The position numbers and the translations under genes are program-made. The notes under the pieces were generated by a model. That model worked only from the letters and a program-made list of their open reading frames with translations. It was not told the origin of the DNA and searched no databases. A DNA stretch of 64,000 nucleotides from an uncultured Gammaproteobacteria bacterium. GTDB lineage: Bacteria > Pseudomonadota > Gammaproteobacteria > Steroidobacterales > Steroidobacteraceae. This document shows positions 19,087 to 29,995 of this stretch, piece after piece; positions within the stretch are counted from its first letter, which is position 1; every line of letters begins with the position of its first letter. The DNA lies in NCBI GenBank assembly GCA_963695085.1, contig CAVOFV010000001.1:337028-401027 (forward strand), given 5' to 3'.

Positions 19087-20505
19087 TTGAATCCCGCCCA
19101 GGCGCCGGACGTCAAGCGGGCCTTCGTGCTCGACACGAACGTGCTGATGCACGACCCGGCGGCGATCTTCCGCTTCGAGGAACACGACATCTACATCCCG
19201 ATGGTCGTGCTCGAGGAGCTGGATGCCGGCAAGAAGGGGCTCTCCGAGGCGGCGCGCAGCGTGCGTCAGGTCAGCCGGTTCCTCGACGAGTTGATGGCCG
19301 ACGCCACCAAGGTGCAGATTGACGGCGGCCTCGAACTGCCGTCCGGGCGCGCCGAGAATCACGGCAAGAAGAAGCCGACCGGCCGCCTGTACTTCCAGAC
19401 GCGCCGGCTCGACACCGGCCTGCCGGATTCGTTGCCGGGCCACGGCGCCGACAACTCCATTCTCGGCTATGCGCTGGCCCTGCAACGCGAAATCCCGGAA
19501 TCCCGCGTCACGCTGGTCTCCAAGGACATCAACCTGCGCATCAAGGCCGCGATCCTCGGCGTTCATGCCGAGGATTACTACAGCGACCGCACCATCGAGG
19601 ATGCCGACCTGCTGTTCCGCGGCGTGACCGAGTTGCCGGCCGACTTCTGGGACACGCATGGCAGCGACGTCGAGTCCTGGCAGGAGCACGCGCGCACGTT
19701 CTACCGGGTGCGCGGCCCGCTGGTGGCGGGCTGGAAGCTCAACCAGTTCGTCTGCGAGGCCGCGGACGACGGGCTCGAGGCCATCGTGCGCAGTCTCGAC
19801 GCCGATTCGGCGGTCCTCGAGGTGACCCAGGACTACCGCAACGCGCGTCATTCCGTGTGGGGCATCGCCGCGCGCAACCGCGAACAGAATTTCGCCCTGA
19901 ACCTGCTGCTGGACCCCGAGATAGACTTCGTCACGGTGCTAGGTCCGGCCGGCACGGGCAAGACCCTGCTGACGCTGGCGGCGGGCCTGGTGCAGACCAT
20001 GGAGAACAACCGTTACACCGAGATCCTGATGACCCGGGTGACCATCCCGCTCGGCGAGGACATCGGTTTCCTGCCCGGTACTGAGGAAGAGAAGATGGAG
20101 CCCTGGATGGGCGCGCTGATGGACAATCTCGAGGTGCTCACCCAAGGTCACGATGGCAGCAGCTGGGCGCGCGCCGCAACGCAGGATCTGCTGCGCAACC
20201 GCATCAAGATCCGCTCGCTCAATTTCATGCGCGGCCGGACATTCCTGAACCGGTTCCTGATCCTCGACGAGGCGCAGAACCTGACGCCCAAGCAGATGCG
20301 CGCACTGGTCACGCGGGCCGGCCCCGGGACCAAGCTGGTCTGCCTGGGCAACATCGCGCAGATCGACACGCCCTACCTGACCGAAACAACCTCCGGCCTG
20401 ACCTACGTCGTCAACCGCTTCTGCGGCTGGCAGTACGCCGGCCACGTCACGCTGGTGCGCGGTGAACGCTCACGGTTGGCGGACTACGCGTCGGAAATCC
20501 TCTGA
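19087..20505 (+). CDS. PhoH-family ATPase with N-terminal PIN domain (YlaK-like)
   Basis: PIN-like FVLDTNVLMHDP...IPMVVLEELD, Walker A GPAGTGKTLLTLAAG and Walker B FLILDEAQN. Confidence 0.88.
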   Translation: MNPAQAPDVKRAFVLDTNVLMHDPAAIFRFEEHDIYIPMVVLEELDAGKKGLSEAARSVRQVSRFLDELMADATKVQIDGGLELPSGRAENHGKKKPTGRLYFQTRRLDTGLPDSLPGHGADNSILGYALALQREIPESRVTLVSKDINLRIKAAILGVHAEDYYSDRTIEDADLLFRGVTELPADFWDTHGSDVESWQEHARTFYRVRGPLVAGWKLNQFVCEAADDGLEAIVRSLDADSAVLEVTQDYRNARHSVWGIAARNREQNFALNLLLDPEIDFVTVLGPAGTGKTLLTLAAGLVQTMENNRYTEILMTRVTIPLGEDIGFLPGTEEEKMEPWMGALMDNLEVLTQGHDGSSWARAATQDLLRNRIKIRSLNFMRGRTFLNRFLILDEAQNLTPKQMRALVTRAGPGTKLVCLGNIAQIDTPYLTETTSGLTYVVNRFCGWQYAGHVTLVRGERSRLADYASEIL

Positions 20506-20581
20506 TGCAGAGCCGGGCGGCTGAACTCGCGCGACCGCCGGCGGTCGTAGTGGCAGATGTCCCCCTGAGGCCCTCCGCCAC

Positions 20582-22084
20582 ATGACCCCCACGCTGCGCA
20601 GCACGCTGCTCCTCGCCCTGCTGGTGGCCACCCAGCCGGCGGCCGCCCAGGATGCGCGGCGCGAGCTCCCGGACATCGGCAACCCCGCCAGCACGACGCT
20701 GTCGCTGTCCGACGAGTACAAGATAGGCCTGATGATCATGCGCGGCCTGCGCGACGCCGGCAAACTCGTCGACGACCCGGAAGTCAACGAGTACGTGCAG
20801 GCGCTGGGTGGCCGCATCGCCAGCTATGCCCACGAGGGCGCTCATCGATTCACGTTCTTCGTGGTCCGCGACGTCGGCATCAACGCCTTTGCCCTGCCAG
20901 GCGGCTTCATTGGCGTCAACGCCGGCCTGGTCACGGCCACGGACAACGAGAGCGAGCTGGCCGGCGTGCTGGCGCATGAGATTGCGCACGTCACGCAGCG
21001 CCACATTGCGCGGTCGATCCAGAACGCGGGCCGCACCAACATGGCCTCGGCCGCCGCGGTGCTGGCCGCGATACTGATCGGCGCCACGACCGGCATGTCC
21101 AGCGATGCGCTGCTCGGCACGATCACCGCGGCGCAGGGCCTGGCGGCCCAGCAGCAGATCAACTTCACGCGCACCCACGAAGCCGAGGCCGACCGCGTCG
21201 GGATCGGCTTCCTGGCGGAGGCCGGCTTCGACCCGAACGGCATGCCGACCTTCTTCTGGACGCTGCAGCAACGCTACGGCGCCGGCACGACGATTCCCGA
21301 CCTGCTGCGCACCCACCCGGTCACCACCGAGCGCATCGCCGAGACCCGCGACCGCGCCGCCCATTACGAGCGCGCGGCGGCGGACCAGAGCGTGGGCTAT
21401 GGCCTGATCCGCGAGCGCTTGCGCGTGCAGACCCTGCCGCCGGAGAGCGATTTCACCGCCTTGTACCGCGACGCCCAGTCCGCCGACCTGCCCTCGAGCG
21501 ACGCGCGTCACTACGGGCGCGCCCTGGCCCTGCTCGCCGCGGGCCAGGCGGGCGAGGCCGCCGGGCTGCTCAGCGACCTCGTGGAGCGGCATCCCGACGT
21601 GACCCAGTATCACGCTGGCCTCGGCCATGCGCAGCTGGTGGCGGGCGACATCGCAGGCTCGCGGCGCACGCTGGAACGCGCGCTGAAGCTGTTTCCGAGG
21701 AACGTACCGGTAACACTGCGTTATTCCGAAACGCTGATGCGGGCCGATGAGGCAGGCCTGGCCCACCTGGTGCTGCTCGACCTGTTCAACAACGTGCCGC
21801 CGACGCCGGACCAGGCCCGATACATCGCGCTGGTCGCGAACTCGGCTGGCGACACCGCCGACGCCTACTACTACATGTCTGAATACCACGTGCTGGGCGG
21901 CGAGCTGCAGATGGCCATCGACCAGCTGCGCATGGCGCTGTCGGTGCCGAAACTCAACGACGTGCAACGCCAGCGTTTCGACGCCCGCATCAAGGAACTC
22001 GAAGAGTACCTGCCGAAGGGCCGCAAGGCCCGCGAGGTCGCGGAACCTGCACCGCCACGCGATCCGGGCCGCGGCTTGCGCTAG
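20582..22084 (+). CDS. bepA: M48 periplasmic metalloprotease with TPR domain (beta-barrel assembly-enhancing protease BepA-like)
   Basis: Signal peptide MTPTLRSTLLLALLVATQPAAA, the zinc motif HEIAHVTQRH and a C-terminal TPR-like region. Confidence 0.85.
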   Translation: MTPTLRSTLLLALLVATQPAAAQDARRELPDIGNPASTTLSLSDEYKIGLMIMRGLRDAGKLVDDPEVNEYVQALGGRIASYAHEGAHRFTFFVVRDVGINAFALPGGFIGVNAGLVTATDNESELAGVLAHEIAHVTQRHIARSIQNAGRTNMASAAAVLAAILIGATTGMSSDALLGTITAAQGLAAQQQINFTRTHEAEADRVGIGFLAEAGFDPNGMPTFFWTLQQRYGAGTTIPDLLRTHPVTTERIAETRDRAAHYERAAADQSVGYGLIRERLRVQTLPPESDFTALYRDAQSADLPSSDARHYGRALALLAAGQAGEAAGLLSDLVERHPDVTQYHAGLGHAQLVAGDIAGSRRTLERALKLFPRNVPVTLRYSETLMRADEAGLAHLVLLDLFNNVPPTPDQARYIALVANSAGDTADAYYYMSEYHVLGGELQMAIDQLRMALSVPKLNDVQRQRFDARIKELEEYLPKGRKAREVAEPAPPRDPGRGLR

Positions 22085-22119
22085 ACTTGCGCGCCTTGCC
22101 AGCTGGATTCGCCACCCCC

Positions 22120-22881
22120 ATGCCATCACCTCAGTGCCTGTCCCGCGCGGTCCTTGCCGCAGCCTGCCTCGCGCTCACCGCCTGTGCCACGACGCTGTCT
22201 GCGCCGTCGGCCGACGATCCATGGGAACGGGTCAACCGGTCCACCTACGAGTTCAACGACGCAATCGACCGGGCGGTGCTGAAGCCCGTGGCGCGCGGCT
22301 ACCAGCGCGTCGTGCCGCGTGTTGCGCGGACCGGCGTGACGAATTTCCTGAGCAACCTCGCCTACCCGACCACCCTGGTCAACAACCTGCTGCAACTGAA
22401 GCTCAAGGACGCGCTGTCCGACACCGCGCGTCTCGTGCTGAACTCGACGCTGGGCCTGGGTGGGCTGCTCGACCCGGCCTCGCAGGCGGGACTCGCGCGC
22501 AACAACGAGGACTTCGGCCAGACGCTCGGGCGCTGGGGCGTATCGTCCGGGCCGTATCTCGTGATCCCCCTGCTCGGCCCCTCGACGCTGCGGGACACGC
22601 CGTCGCTGTATGCCGACTACCTGACCGATGCCCGGCACTATATCGGCGACAGCACAACCGGATTCGCGCTGGCGGGAATGTCGCTCGTCGACCGCCGCGC
22701 CCAACTGCTCGTGGTGGACGACACGCTCGATGGCGCCTTCGACCGCTATGCGCTGATGCGCAATGCCTTCATGCAAAGAAGGGAATACATGGTGCGGGAC
22801 GGCGACGTGCCGGCAGAGCCGCCGGACGAGGAACTCTGGCTGGAGGAAGACGAAGCGGCCAAACCGCCGCCGGCACCCTGA
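22120..22881 (+). CDS. mlaA: Outer-membrane lipoprotein MlaA (VacJ)
   Basis: Lipobox CLALTAC and the VacJ-type block WERVNRSTYEFNDAIDRAVLKPVARGY. ATG at 22120; the ORF is open from 22087. Confidence 0.88.
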   Translation: MPSPQCLSRAVLAAACLALTACATTLSAPSADDPWERVNRSTYEFNDAIDRAVLKPVARGYQRVVPRVARTGVTNFLSNLAYPTTLVNNLLQLKLKDALSDTARLVLNSTLGLGGLLDPASQAGLARNNEDFGQTLGRWGVSSGPYLVIPLLGPSTLRDTPSLYADYLTDARHYIGDSTTGFALAGMSLVDRRAQLLVVDDTLDGAFDRYALMRNAFMQRREYMVRDGDVPAEPPDEELWLEEDEAAKPPPAP

Positions 22882-22896
22882 GCGGCAGGGTCCGGC

Positions 22897-23217
22897 TCAG
22901 CCCGCCATCGGCAGCAGCTCCGTGACCCCGCCGATGCGCGCCATCCCGGCCAGCCGCGGCGGCATGCCGCTGAATGCGATAGCGCGCCCCTGCAGGCGCG
23001 CCTGGCGCGTCCACTCGATCAGCACCGCCAGGCCCGCGCTGTCCGCATCGCTGACCTCGCTGAGGTCCACCGCGACCTCGGCCTGCCCGGCGAATGCCGC
23101 GACACCAAGCGACAGCAGGTCGGCCGCGGTATCGAGCCGCATCACGCCCGACACCCGGTAACGGCCCTCGCCGGCAGGCGCGAGACCCGCCGGCGGCGGC
23201 TTGTGCCTAGCCCGCAC
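22897..23217 (-). CDS. mlaB: STAS-domain protein MlaB
   Basis: Small STAS-like protein (DLSEVSDADSAGLAVLIEW), last in the mlaFEDCB order. Its start overlaps the mlaC stop. Confidence 0.75.
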   Translation of the reverse strand: MRARHKPPPAGLAPAGEGRYRVSGVMRLDTAADLLSLGVAAFAGQAEVAVDLSEVSDADSAGLAVLIEWTRQARLQGRAIAFSGMPPRLAGMARIGGVTELLPMAG

Positions 23218-23860
23218 TGCGGCCCGCCCCGGGCGACCGTGCCGTGTCGGTTTCGAGCCTGGCGATCACCGCCTCGACGCCGCGCTGCTCGATCTCGGCG
23301 CCAAAATCGTCGCGGAAGTTCTTGACGTAGGAGATGCCCTCGATGGTCACGTCCCAGGCCTTCCAGCCCTGCGGCGTCGCCCGCATCGAGTAATTGACCG
23401 GCACGCGCGTGCCGTCGCTGGTGCGAACCTCGGTGCGCACGGTCGCCTGTCCCGACGCCGTGTCGCCGCGAAACGGCAGGATCGTCATCTTGTCCGCCGT
23501 GAATTCGGCCAGCGCCGCGCCGTACTTGGACAGCATGGACCGGTAGAAAGCGTCCACGAAACGCCTGCGCTGCTCAGGCGTGGCGCTGCGCCAGTGCTTG
23601 CCCAGCACCAGGCGCGCCGAGTACTCGGTGTCGAAGTTCGGCAACAGGATGCGGTCGACCAGCCCGTCGACCCTGCGCGGGTCCTTGCGGAACCCTTCCC
23701 GGTCCGCTTCCAGCGCATCCAGCATGCGCTGCGCGGTTTCCTGCATCAGCGCCTGCGGGTCCGGGCCCGGCGTCGGGGCCGCTGTCTGCTGAGCATGGGC
23801 TGCCAGCGGCAGCGGCAGCGCCAGCGACAGCATGGCGACGAGTGCGAGACTGCGGGTCAT
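23207..23860 (-). CDS. mlaC: Periplasmic phospholipid-binding protein MlaC (Ttg2D)
   Basis: Signal peptide MTRSLALVAMLSLALPLPLAAHA. Position and size match; 4-nt ATGA overlap with mlaD. Confidence 0.85.
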   Translation of the reverse strand: MTRSLALVAMLSLALPLPLAAHAQQTAAPTPGPDPQALMQETAQRMLDALEADREGFRKDPRRVDGLVDRILLPNFDTEYSARLVLGKHWRSATPEQRRRFVDAFYRSMLSKYGAALAEFTADKMTILPFRGDTASGQATVRTEVRTSDGTRVPVNYSMRATPQGWKAWDVTIEGISYVKNFRDDFGAEIEQRGVEAVIARLETDTARSPGAGRSAG

Positions 23861-24354
23861 TGCTGGGTATCCTCCTTGCCTGCGCCAGCGGCCCCCTCGG
23901 ACGCCTTCGAGAACAGGAACTTGCTGATCAGGTTCTCGAGCACGATGGCCGACTGCGTGAAGTGGATTTGATCGCCGTCCGCCAGGAAAGTTTCAGAGCC
24001 GCCTGGCCCGATCCCCACGTACTGGCCGCCCAGCAGCCCCGCGGTGTAGATGCTCGCGTCGCTGTCATCCGGGATCCGGTCATAAGCGCTGTCGATGCGC
24101 AGCACGGCACGCGCCTTGTACTCGTCGAAATCGTAGCTGATCGCCTCGACCCGCCCGATCGTGACGCCGGACATCGAGACCGGCGCGCCGGGCTTGAGGC
24201 CGCCGACCTGCTCGAAACCGGCAGTGACCCGGTAACCGCGGTCGCCGATGCCGATTTCACGGTTGGTGATCTGGGTCACCAGGAAGAACAGCGCCGCAAA
24301 TCCCAGCAGCACGAACAACCCGGTCCCCAGCTCTATGGCTCGCGTCGGGCGCAT
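23857..24354 (-). CDS. mlaD: MCE-domain protein MlaD
   Basis: N-terminal TM segment (IELGTGLFVLLGFAALFFLV) followed by the MCE core GGLKPGAPVSMSGVTIGRVEAI. Confidence 0.9.
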   Translation of the reverse strand: MRPTRAIELGTGLFVLLGFAALFFLVTQITNREIGIGDRGYRVTAGFEQVGGLKPGAPVSMSGVTIGRVEAISYDFDEYKARAVLRIDSAYDRIPDDSDASIYTAGLLGGQYVGIGPGGSETFLADGDQIHFTQSAIVLENLISKFLFSKASEGAAGAGKEDTQQ

Positions 24355-24407
24355 GGCCTACTCCTCATTGACGGCTGCACGGGCCGCCCGGCCCGGCGCG
24401 CGCCGAT

Positions 24408-25178
24408 TCACAACATCACCGCTGTCAGCATGTAGTCGAGCAGCAGCACGACCACGGACGAAATCACCACCGTGCGGGTCGTGGCGCGCCCCACGCCCTC
24501 TGCAGTCGGCACCGCATGGTAGCCCTCGTAGACGGCGATCGCGCTGCAGGCGACGCCGAATACACAACTCTTGATCACCCCTTCCATGATGTCGCGGTGC
24601 TCGACGGCGCCGCGCATCTGCGACCAGAACTGCCCCGAGTCCACGCCCATCATCTGCACGCCCACCAGCTGGGCGCCGAAGATGCCGATCATGCTGAAGA
24701 CCGCCGCCAGCAGCGGCATCGCCAGCACGCCGCCGACGAAGCGCGGCATCACCACGCGGCGCACCGGGTCCACCGCCATCATCTCCATGGCGGCCAGCTG
24801 GTCGGTGGCACGCATCAGGCCGAGTTCCGACGCGAGCGCCGTGCCGGCACGGCCCGCGAACAGCAGCGCCGTCACGACCGGCCCGAGTTCCTTGACCAGC
24901 CCGAGCGCCGCCGCCGTGCCGAGCGACTCCTCGGAGCCGAAGCGTTCCAGCAGGTCGAAGCCCTGCAGGCCGAGCACCATGCCGACGAACAGGCCGCTCA
25001 GCATGATGATGACCAGCGACAGGGCGCCGGCATTGTGCACCTGCTCGACCACCAGCCCGAACCGCAGCAGTGAGCGCGGCGTCTCGGACAGCAGCCGGCC
25101 GGTGAACAGGGCGTAGCGACCGAGTGTCTGCAGTGACTCGGTGAGACGGTCCCACAGTTCACGCGCAACGCGCGTCAC
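24408..25178 (-). CDS. mlaE: ABC permease MlaE
   Basis: 256-aa polytopic protein between mlaF and mlaD. 4-nt overlap with mlaF. Confidence 0.9.
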   Translation of the reverse strand: MTRVARELWDRLTESLQTLGRYALFTGRLLSETPRSLLRFGLVVEQVHNAGALSLVIIMLSGLFVGMVLGLQGFDLLERFGSEESLGTAAALGLVKELGPVVTALLFAGRAGTALASELGLMRATDQLAAMEMMAVDPVRRVVMPRFVGGVLAMPLLAAVFSMIGIFGAQLVGVQMMGVDSGQFWSQMRGAVEHRDIMEGVIKSCVFGVACSAIAVYEGYHAVPTAEGVGRATTRTVVISSVVVLLLDYMLTAVML

Positions 25179-26011
25179 GGCGGCTGCTCGGCGAACAGCT
25201 GACCGGCGTAATCCGGCGCCGGATAGTGGAAGGCGACCGGCCCGTCGGGCAGTCCCAGCATGAACTGCCTGATTTCCGCCGCCTCGCTGCGGGCCAGCTC
25301 GCCCGGCGGCCCGGCCGCCGCCACGCGCCCGCCGGACAGCAGGTAGGCCGCATCGGCGACCGCGGTGATCTCGCGCACGTCGTGCGAAACGACGATGCTG
25401 GTAATGCCGAGCGCGTCGTTCAGTTCGCGGATCAGGCGCAGCACCACGCCCAGGGAGATCGGGTCGAGGCCGACGAACGGCTCGTCGTAGATCAGGATGT
25501 CCGGGTCCATGACGATGGCGCGCGCCAGCGCCACGCGGCGCGCCATGCCACCGGACAGCTCGAACGGCATCATCCGCGCGGCGCCGCGCAAGCCGACGGC
25601 CTGCAGCTTGGTCAGCACGATGTGGCCGATCAGCCGCTCCGGCAGACGCGTGTGCTCGCGGAGCGGAAAGGCGACGTTTTCGTACACGTCGAGGTCGGTC
25701 AGCAGCGCGCCATTCTGGAACAGCATGCCGATGCGGCGCCGCAGCGCGTACAGGCCGCGGCGGTTGAGGCCCGGCACGTCCGTGCCGTCGACCAGCACCT
25801 CGCCGCGATCCGGCAGCAGCTGGCCCGTGATCAGCCGCAGCAGCGTCGTCTTGCCAGTGCCGCTCGGCCCCATCACGGCGGTGATCGCGCCGCGCCGGAT
25901 GTCGATATCGAGGCCCTCGAAGATGCGACGTCCGCCCACCGCATAGTGCAGGCCCTGGATCCTGACGATGCAGGGATCCTCCTCAGCGCGGGGCTGCGGC
26001 GTGACGTTCAT
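25175..26011 (-). CDS. mlaF: ABC ATPase MlaF
   Basis: Walker A GPSGTGKTTLLRLI, signature LSGGMARRVALARA and Walker B ILIYDEPF. Confidence 0.92.
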   Translation of the reverse strand: MNVTPQPRAEEDPCIVRIQGLHYAVGGRRIFEGLDIDIRRGAITAVMGPSGTGKTTLLRLITGQLLPDRGEVLVDGTDVPGLNRRGLYALRRRIGMLFQNGALLTDLDVYENVAFPLREHTRLPERLIGHIVLTKLQAVGLRGAARMMPFELSGGMARRVALARAIVMDPDILIYDEPFVGLDPISLGVVLRLIRELNDALGITSIVVSHDVREITAVADAAYLLSGGRVAAAGPPGELARSEAAEIRQFMLGLPDGPVAFHYPAPDYAGQLFAEQPP

Positions 26012-26033
26012 GGCGGGGCGGGCAGCGCCGGCC

Positions 26034-27056
26034 TCAGGCCGCTGCCTGCTCCATGGCCGGCTCGTAGGCGCCGGTCCGCGCCAGGCCGTTCAGGCGGGCG
26101 CGCTTCAGGAAAGCCTGCTGGCCGGCCGCGACATTCGCGGTCTTGCCGCCCCACGCATCCAGGGTGCTGGCCTGCAGGGCGCGGCCGTAGCTGAATGACA
26201 GCTGCCACGGCAGCGGCGTCAGCCGGTTCATCAGGCTCAGGTGCGCGGTCGCCTCGAGTTCGCTCTGCCCGCCGGACAGGAAGGCGATGCCCGGCACCGC
26301 GCCAGGCACGTGCCGCTTCAGGCAGCGCACGGTCGCTTCCGCCACCTGTTGCGCGCTGGCCTGCTGCGGGCACTTCTTGCCGGCGATGACCATGTTCGGC
26401 TTGAGCACGATGCCCTCGAGGTGCACGCGGTGGGCGAACAGCGCGTCGAACACGGATTGCAGCGTCGCCGAGGTGACCTCATCGCAGCGCTCGATCGTAT
26501 GCGCGCCGTCCATCAGCACTTCCGGTTCCACGATCGGCACGATATCCGCCTCCTGGCACAAGGCCGCGTAGCGGGCCAGTGCGTGGGCGTTGGCATCGAT
26601 GGCGAACCGGCTGGGAATGCCGTCGCCGATGTTGATCACGGCGCGCCACTTTGAAAATCGCGCGCCGAGCTTGTGGTACTCCGCCAGACGCTCGCGCAGG
26701 CCGTCCAGGCCTTCCGTGACGGTGTCGCCCGGATGGCCGGCCAGCGGCTTGGCGCCCATGTCCACCTTGATGCCGGGGACGATGCCGCGCCCCGCCAGCA
26801 GGGCCGGGAACGGGGTGCCGTCGGCCGCCTTCTGGCGCAGCGTCTCGTCGTACAGGATGACCCCGGAGATGAACTGCTCGGCCCCCTTGGCCGTGAACAG
26901 CAGTTCGCGGTAGGCGCGGCGGCTTTCCTCGGTGGACTCGAGCTTGATCTTGTCGAACCGCTTCTTGATGGTCCCGGTGGACTCGTCGGCGGCCAGGATC
27001 CCCTTGCCAGGGGCCACCATGGCGCGGGCGGTTCTTGCCAGTTCTTGCTGCTTCAT
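26034..27056 (-). CDS. fba: Fructose-bisphosphate aldolase, class I (eukaryote-like type)
   Basis: PGKGILAADESTGTIKKRF and overall class I aldolase length (340 aa). Confidence 0.9.
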   Translation of the reverse strand: MKQQELARTARAMVAPGKGILAADESTGTIKKRFDKIKLESTEESRRAYRELLFTAKGAEQFISGVILYDETLRQKAADGTPFPALLAGRGIVPGIKVDMGAKPLAGHPGDTVTEGLDGLRERLAEYHKLGARFSKWRAVINIGDGIPSRFAIDANAHALARYAALCQEADIVPIVEPEVLMDGAHTIERCDEVTSATLQSVFDALFAHRVHLEGIVLKPNMVIAGKKCPQQASAQQVAEATVRCLKRHVPGAVPGIAFLSGGQSELEATAHLSLMNRLTPLPWQLSFSYGRALQASTLDAWGGKTANVAAGQQAFLKRARLNGLARTGAYEPAMEQAAA

Positions 27057-27184
27057 CGGGTCGATCCTCCGGGACTCTTGTTGACGCCGCGCGCCGGCCG
27101 GGCACAGCGGCTCGCTGTGCCCGCCAGCCGTATTTTCAGCCGCTCATTCTATCAAAACGGGCTGCCGGAACCGGGCCGCCCTCT

Positions 27185-27248
27185 ATCCAAGGGGTGTTAA
27201 TAGTACTAAAATTGTCCTGTATAGATCCAGCGACCACATGGAAGGCCG
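27185..27248. promoter_or_regulatory. AT-rich promoter/operator region of the suf operon (candidate Rrf2 autoregulatory site)
   Basis: Local AT-rich island ctatccaaggggtgttaatagtactaaaattgtcctgtatag, with outer CTAT/ATAG inverted ends, directly upstream of the Rrf2 regulator. No consensus was verified. Confidence 0.3.
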
Positions 27249-27728
27249 ATGTTGAGGATCAGCAAGCTCACCGACTACGCGACGGTCATCCTCGCCGCGC
27301 TGGCCGAAAAGCCGTCCGAACTGCTGAGTGCGGCCGCACTCGCGGAGCTCACCGGCCTGGGTGTGCCGACCGTCAGCAAGCTGCTCAAGGAGCTGCAGCG
27401 CGCCCGCTTGGTGAGCTCGGTACGCGGCGCGCACGGCGGCTACCAGCTGACGCGCCCGGCCGCCGAGATCAGCGCTGCGCACATCATCGACGCGGTCGAG
27501 GGCCCGGTGGCATTGACCGAGTGCGCGACGGCCCACAGCCAGTGTGGCATCGAGCACAGCTGCCAGGTCGGGGACAGCTGGCAGCGCATCAGCCTCGCGA
27601 TCCGCCGCTCGCTGCAGGAGGTGCGGCTGACGTCACTGATCGCCCACGACGCCGCCGTCAAGGCGCCAGACCTCGGCTCCGCCCTCGGGCGCGCTGCCGC
27701 CGGCTGGCAGCCCCTGAAGCGGGCGTGA
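27249..27728 (+). CDS. Rrf2-family Fe-S cluster regulator (IscR/SufR-like)
   Basis: MLRISKLTDYATVILAALAE winged-helix N-terminus and a three-Cys cluster ligand block ECATAHSQCGIEHSC. First gene of the suf operon. Confidence 0.88.
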   Translation: MLRISKLTDYATVILAALAEKPSELLSAAALAELTGLGVPTVSKLLKELQRARLVSSVRGAHGGYQLTRPAAEISAAHIIDAVEGPVALTECATAHSQCGIEHSCQVGDSWQRISLAIRRSLQEVRLTSLIAHDAAVKAPDLGSALGRAAAGWQPLKRA

Positions 27729-27749
27729 GGCCGGGCCGGAGGCATTGAC

Positions 27750-29198
27750 ATGGCAGGCGGCAACGAAAATATTGAAGCGCTGGTCGGCGGCAAGTACCGG
27801 CACGGGTTCGTCACCGACATCGAGAGCGACACGGTGCCGCCGGGGCTGGACGAGGACGTCATTCGCCTGATTTCCGGCAAGAAGCGCGAGCCGCAGTTCA
27901 TGCTGGACTGGAGGCTGAAGGCGTTCCGCCACTGGCAGCGCATGCAGGAACCCGTGTGGGCACGCGTGCACTACCCGCCGATCGATTTCCAGGCCATTTC
28001 CTACTACTCCGCGCCGAAGTCCCGCAGCGACGGACCAAAGAGCCTCGAGGAGGTCGATCCGAAGCTGCTGGAGACCTACGACAAGCTGGGCATTCCGCTG
28101 CACGAGCGGGCCCGGCTGGCCGGCGTGGCGGTGGACGCCGTCTTCGACAGCGTCTCGGTCGCGACCACCTTCAAGGCGCGGCTCGCCGAGGCCGGCGTGA
28201 TCTTCTGTCCGTTCTCCGAGGCGGTACAGAACCACCCGCAACTGGTCGAGCGCTATCTCGGCTCGGTCGTGCCGGTGCGCGACAACTTCTACGCGGCGCT
28301 CAACTCGGCGGTGTTTACCGACGGCTCGTTCGTGTTCGTGCCGAAGGGCGTGCGCTGCCCGATGGAACTGTCGACCTACTTCCGCATCAACGCCTCCAAC
28401 ACCGGACAGTTCGAGCGCACGCTGATCGTCGCGGAAGAAGGCGCCTACGTGAGTTACCTGGAGGGCTGCACCGCGCCGATGCGCGACGAGAACCAGCTGC
28501 ACGCGGCGGTGGTCGAACTGGTGGCGCTGGACGACGCGCAGATCAAGTACTCGACCGTTCAGAACTGGTACCCGGGCGACGAGCACGGCGTCGGCGGCAT
28601 CTACAATTTCGTGACCAAGCGCGGCGATTGCCGCGGCCACCGGTCGAAGATCTCCTGGACGCAGGTGGAAACCGGCTCGGCGATCACCTGGAAGTATCCC
28701 AGCTGCATCCTGCGCGGCGACGACTCGGTGGGCGAGTTCTACTCGGTGGCGCTGGCCAACCACTACCAGCAGGCGGACACCGGCACCAAGATGATCCACA
28801 TGGGGCGCAATACGCGCAGCACGATCGTCTCCAAGGGCATCTCGGCCGGGCACGGGCAGAACGCCTATCGCGGCCTGGTCAAGGTCCTGGCGGGCGCCGA
28901 CGGCGCGCGCAACTACACGCAGTGCGACTCCCTGCTGATGGGCGACCGCTGCGGCGCGCACACCTTCCCCTATGTCGAGGTGAAGAACCCGACGGCGGTC
29001 ATCGAGCACGAGGCCACCACCTCGAAGATCTCGGACGACCAGTTGTTCTACTGCCTGCAGCGCGGCATTTCGCAGGAGGACGCGGTCAACATGATCGTCA
29101 GCGGCTTCTGCAAGGCGGTGTTCAGGGAGTTGCCGATGGAATTCGCGGTCGAGGCGCAGAACCTGCTGGCGGTGAGTCTCGAAGGCGCCGTGGGCTGA
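27750..29198 (+). CDS. sufB: Fe-S cluster assembly scaffold SufB
   Basis: 482 aa with the conserved C-terminal half (NFVTKRG...[18 protein letters not shown]...[15 protein letters not shown]). Confidence 0.95.
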   Translation: MAGGNENIEALVGGKYRHGFVTDIESDTVPPGLDEDVIRLISGKKREPQFMLDWRLKAFRHWQRMQEPVWARVHYPPIDFQAISYYSAPKSRSDGPKSLEEVDPKLLETYDKLGIPLHERARLAGVAVDAVFDSVSVATTFKARLAEAGVIFCPFSEAVQNHPQLVERYLGSVVPVRDNFYAALNSAVFTDGSFVFVPKGVRCPMELSTYFRINASNTGQFERTLIVAEEGAYVSYLEGCTAPMRDENQLHAAVVELVALDDAQIKYSTVQNWYPGDEHGVGGIYNFVTKRGDCRGHRSKISWTQVETGSAITWKYPSCILRGDDSVGEFYSVALANHYQQADTGTKMIHMGRNTRSTIVSKGISAGHGQNAYRGLVKVLAGADGARNYTQCDSLLMGDRCGAHTFPYVEVKNPTAVIEHEATTSKISDDQLFYCLQRGISQEDAVNMIVSGFCKAVFRELPMEFAVEAQNLLAVSLEGAVG

Positions 29199-29218
29199 CA
29201 CGAGGCGGAGTGCAAGAC

Positions 29219-29991
<773 letters not shown>

Positions 29992-29995
<4 letters not shown>

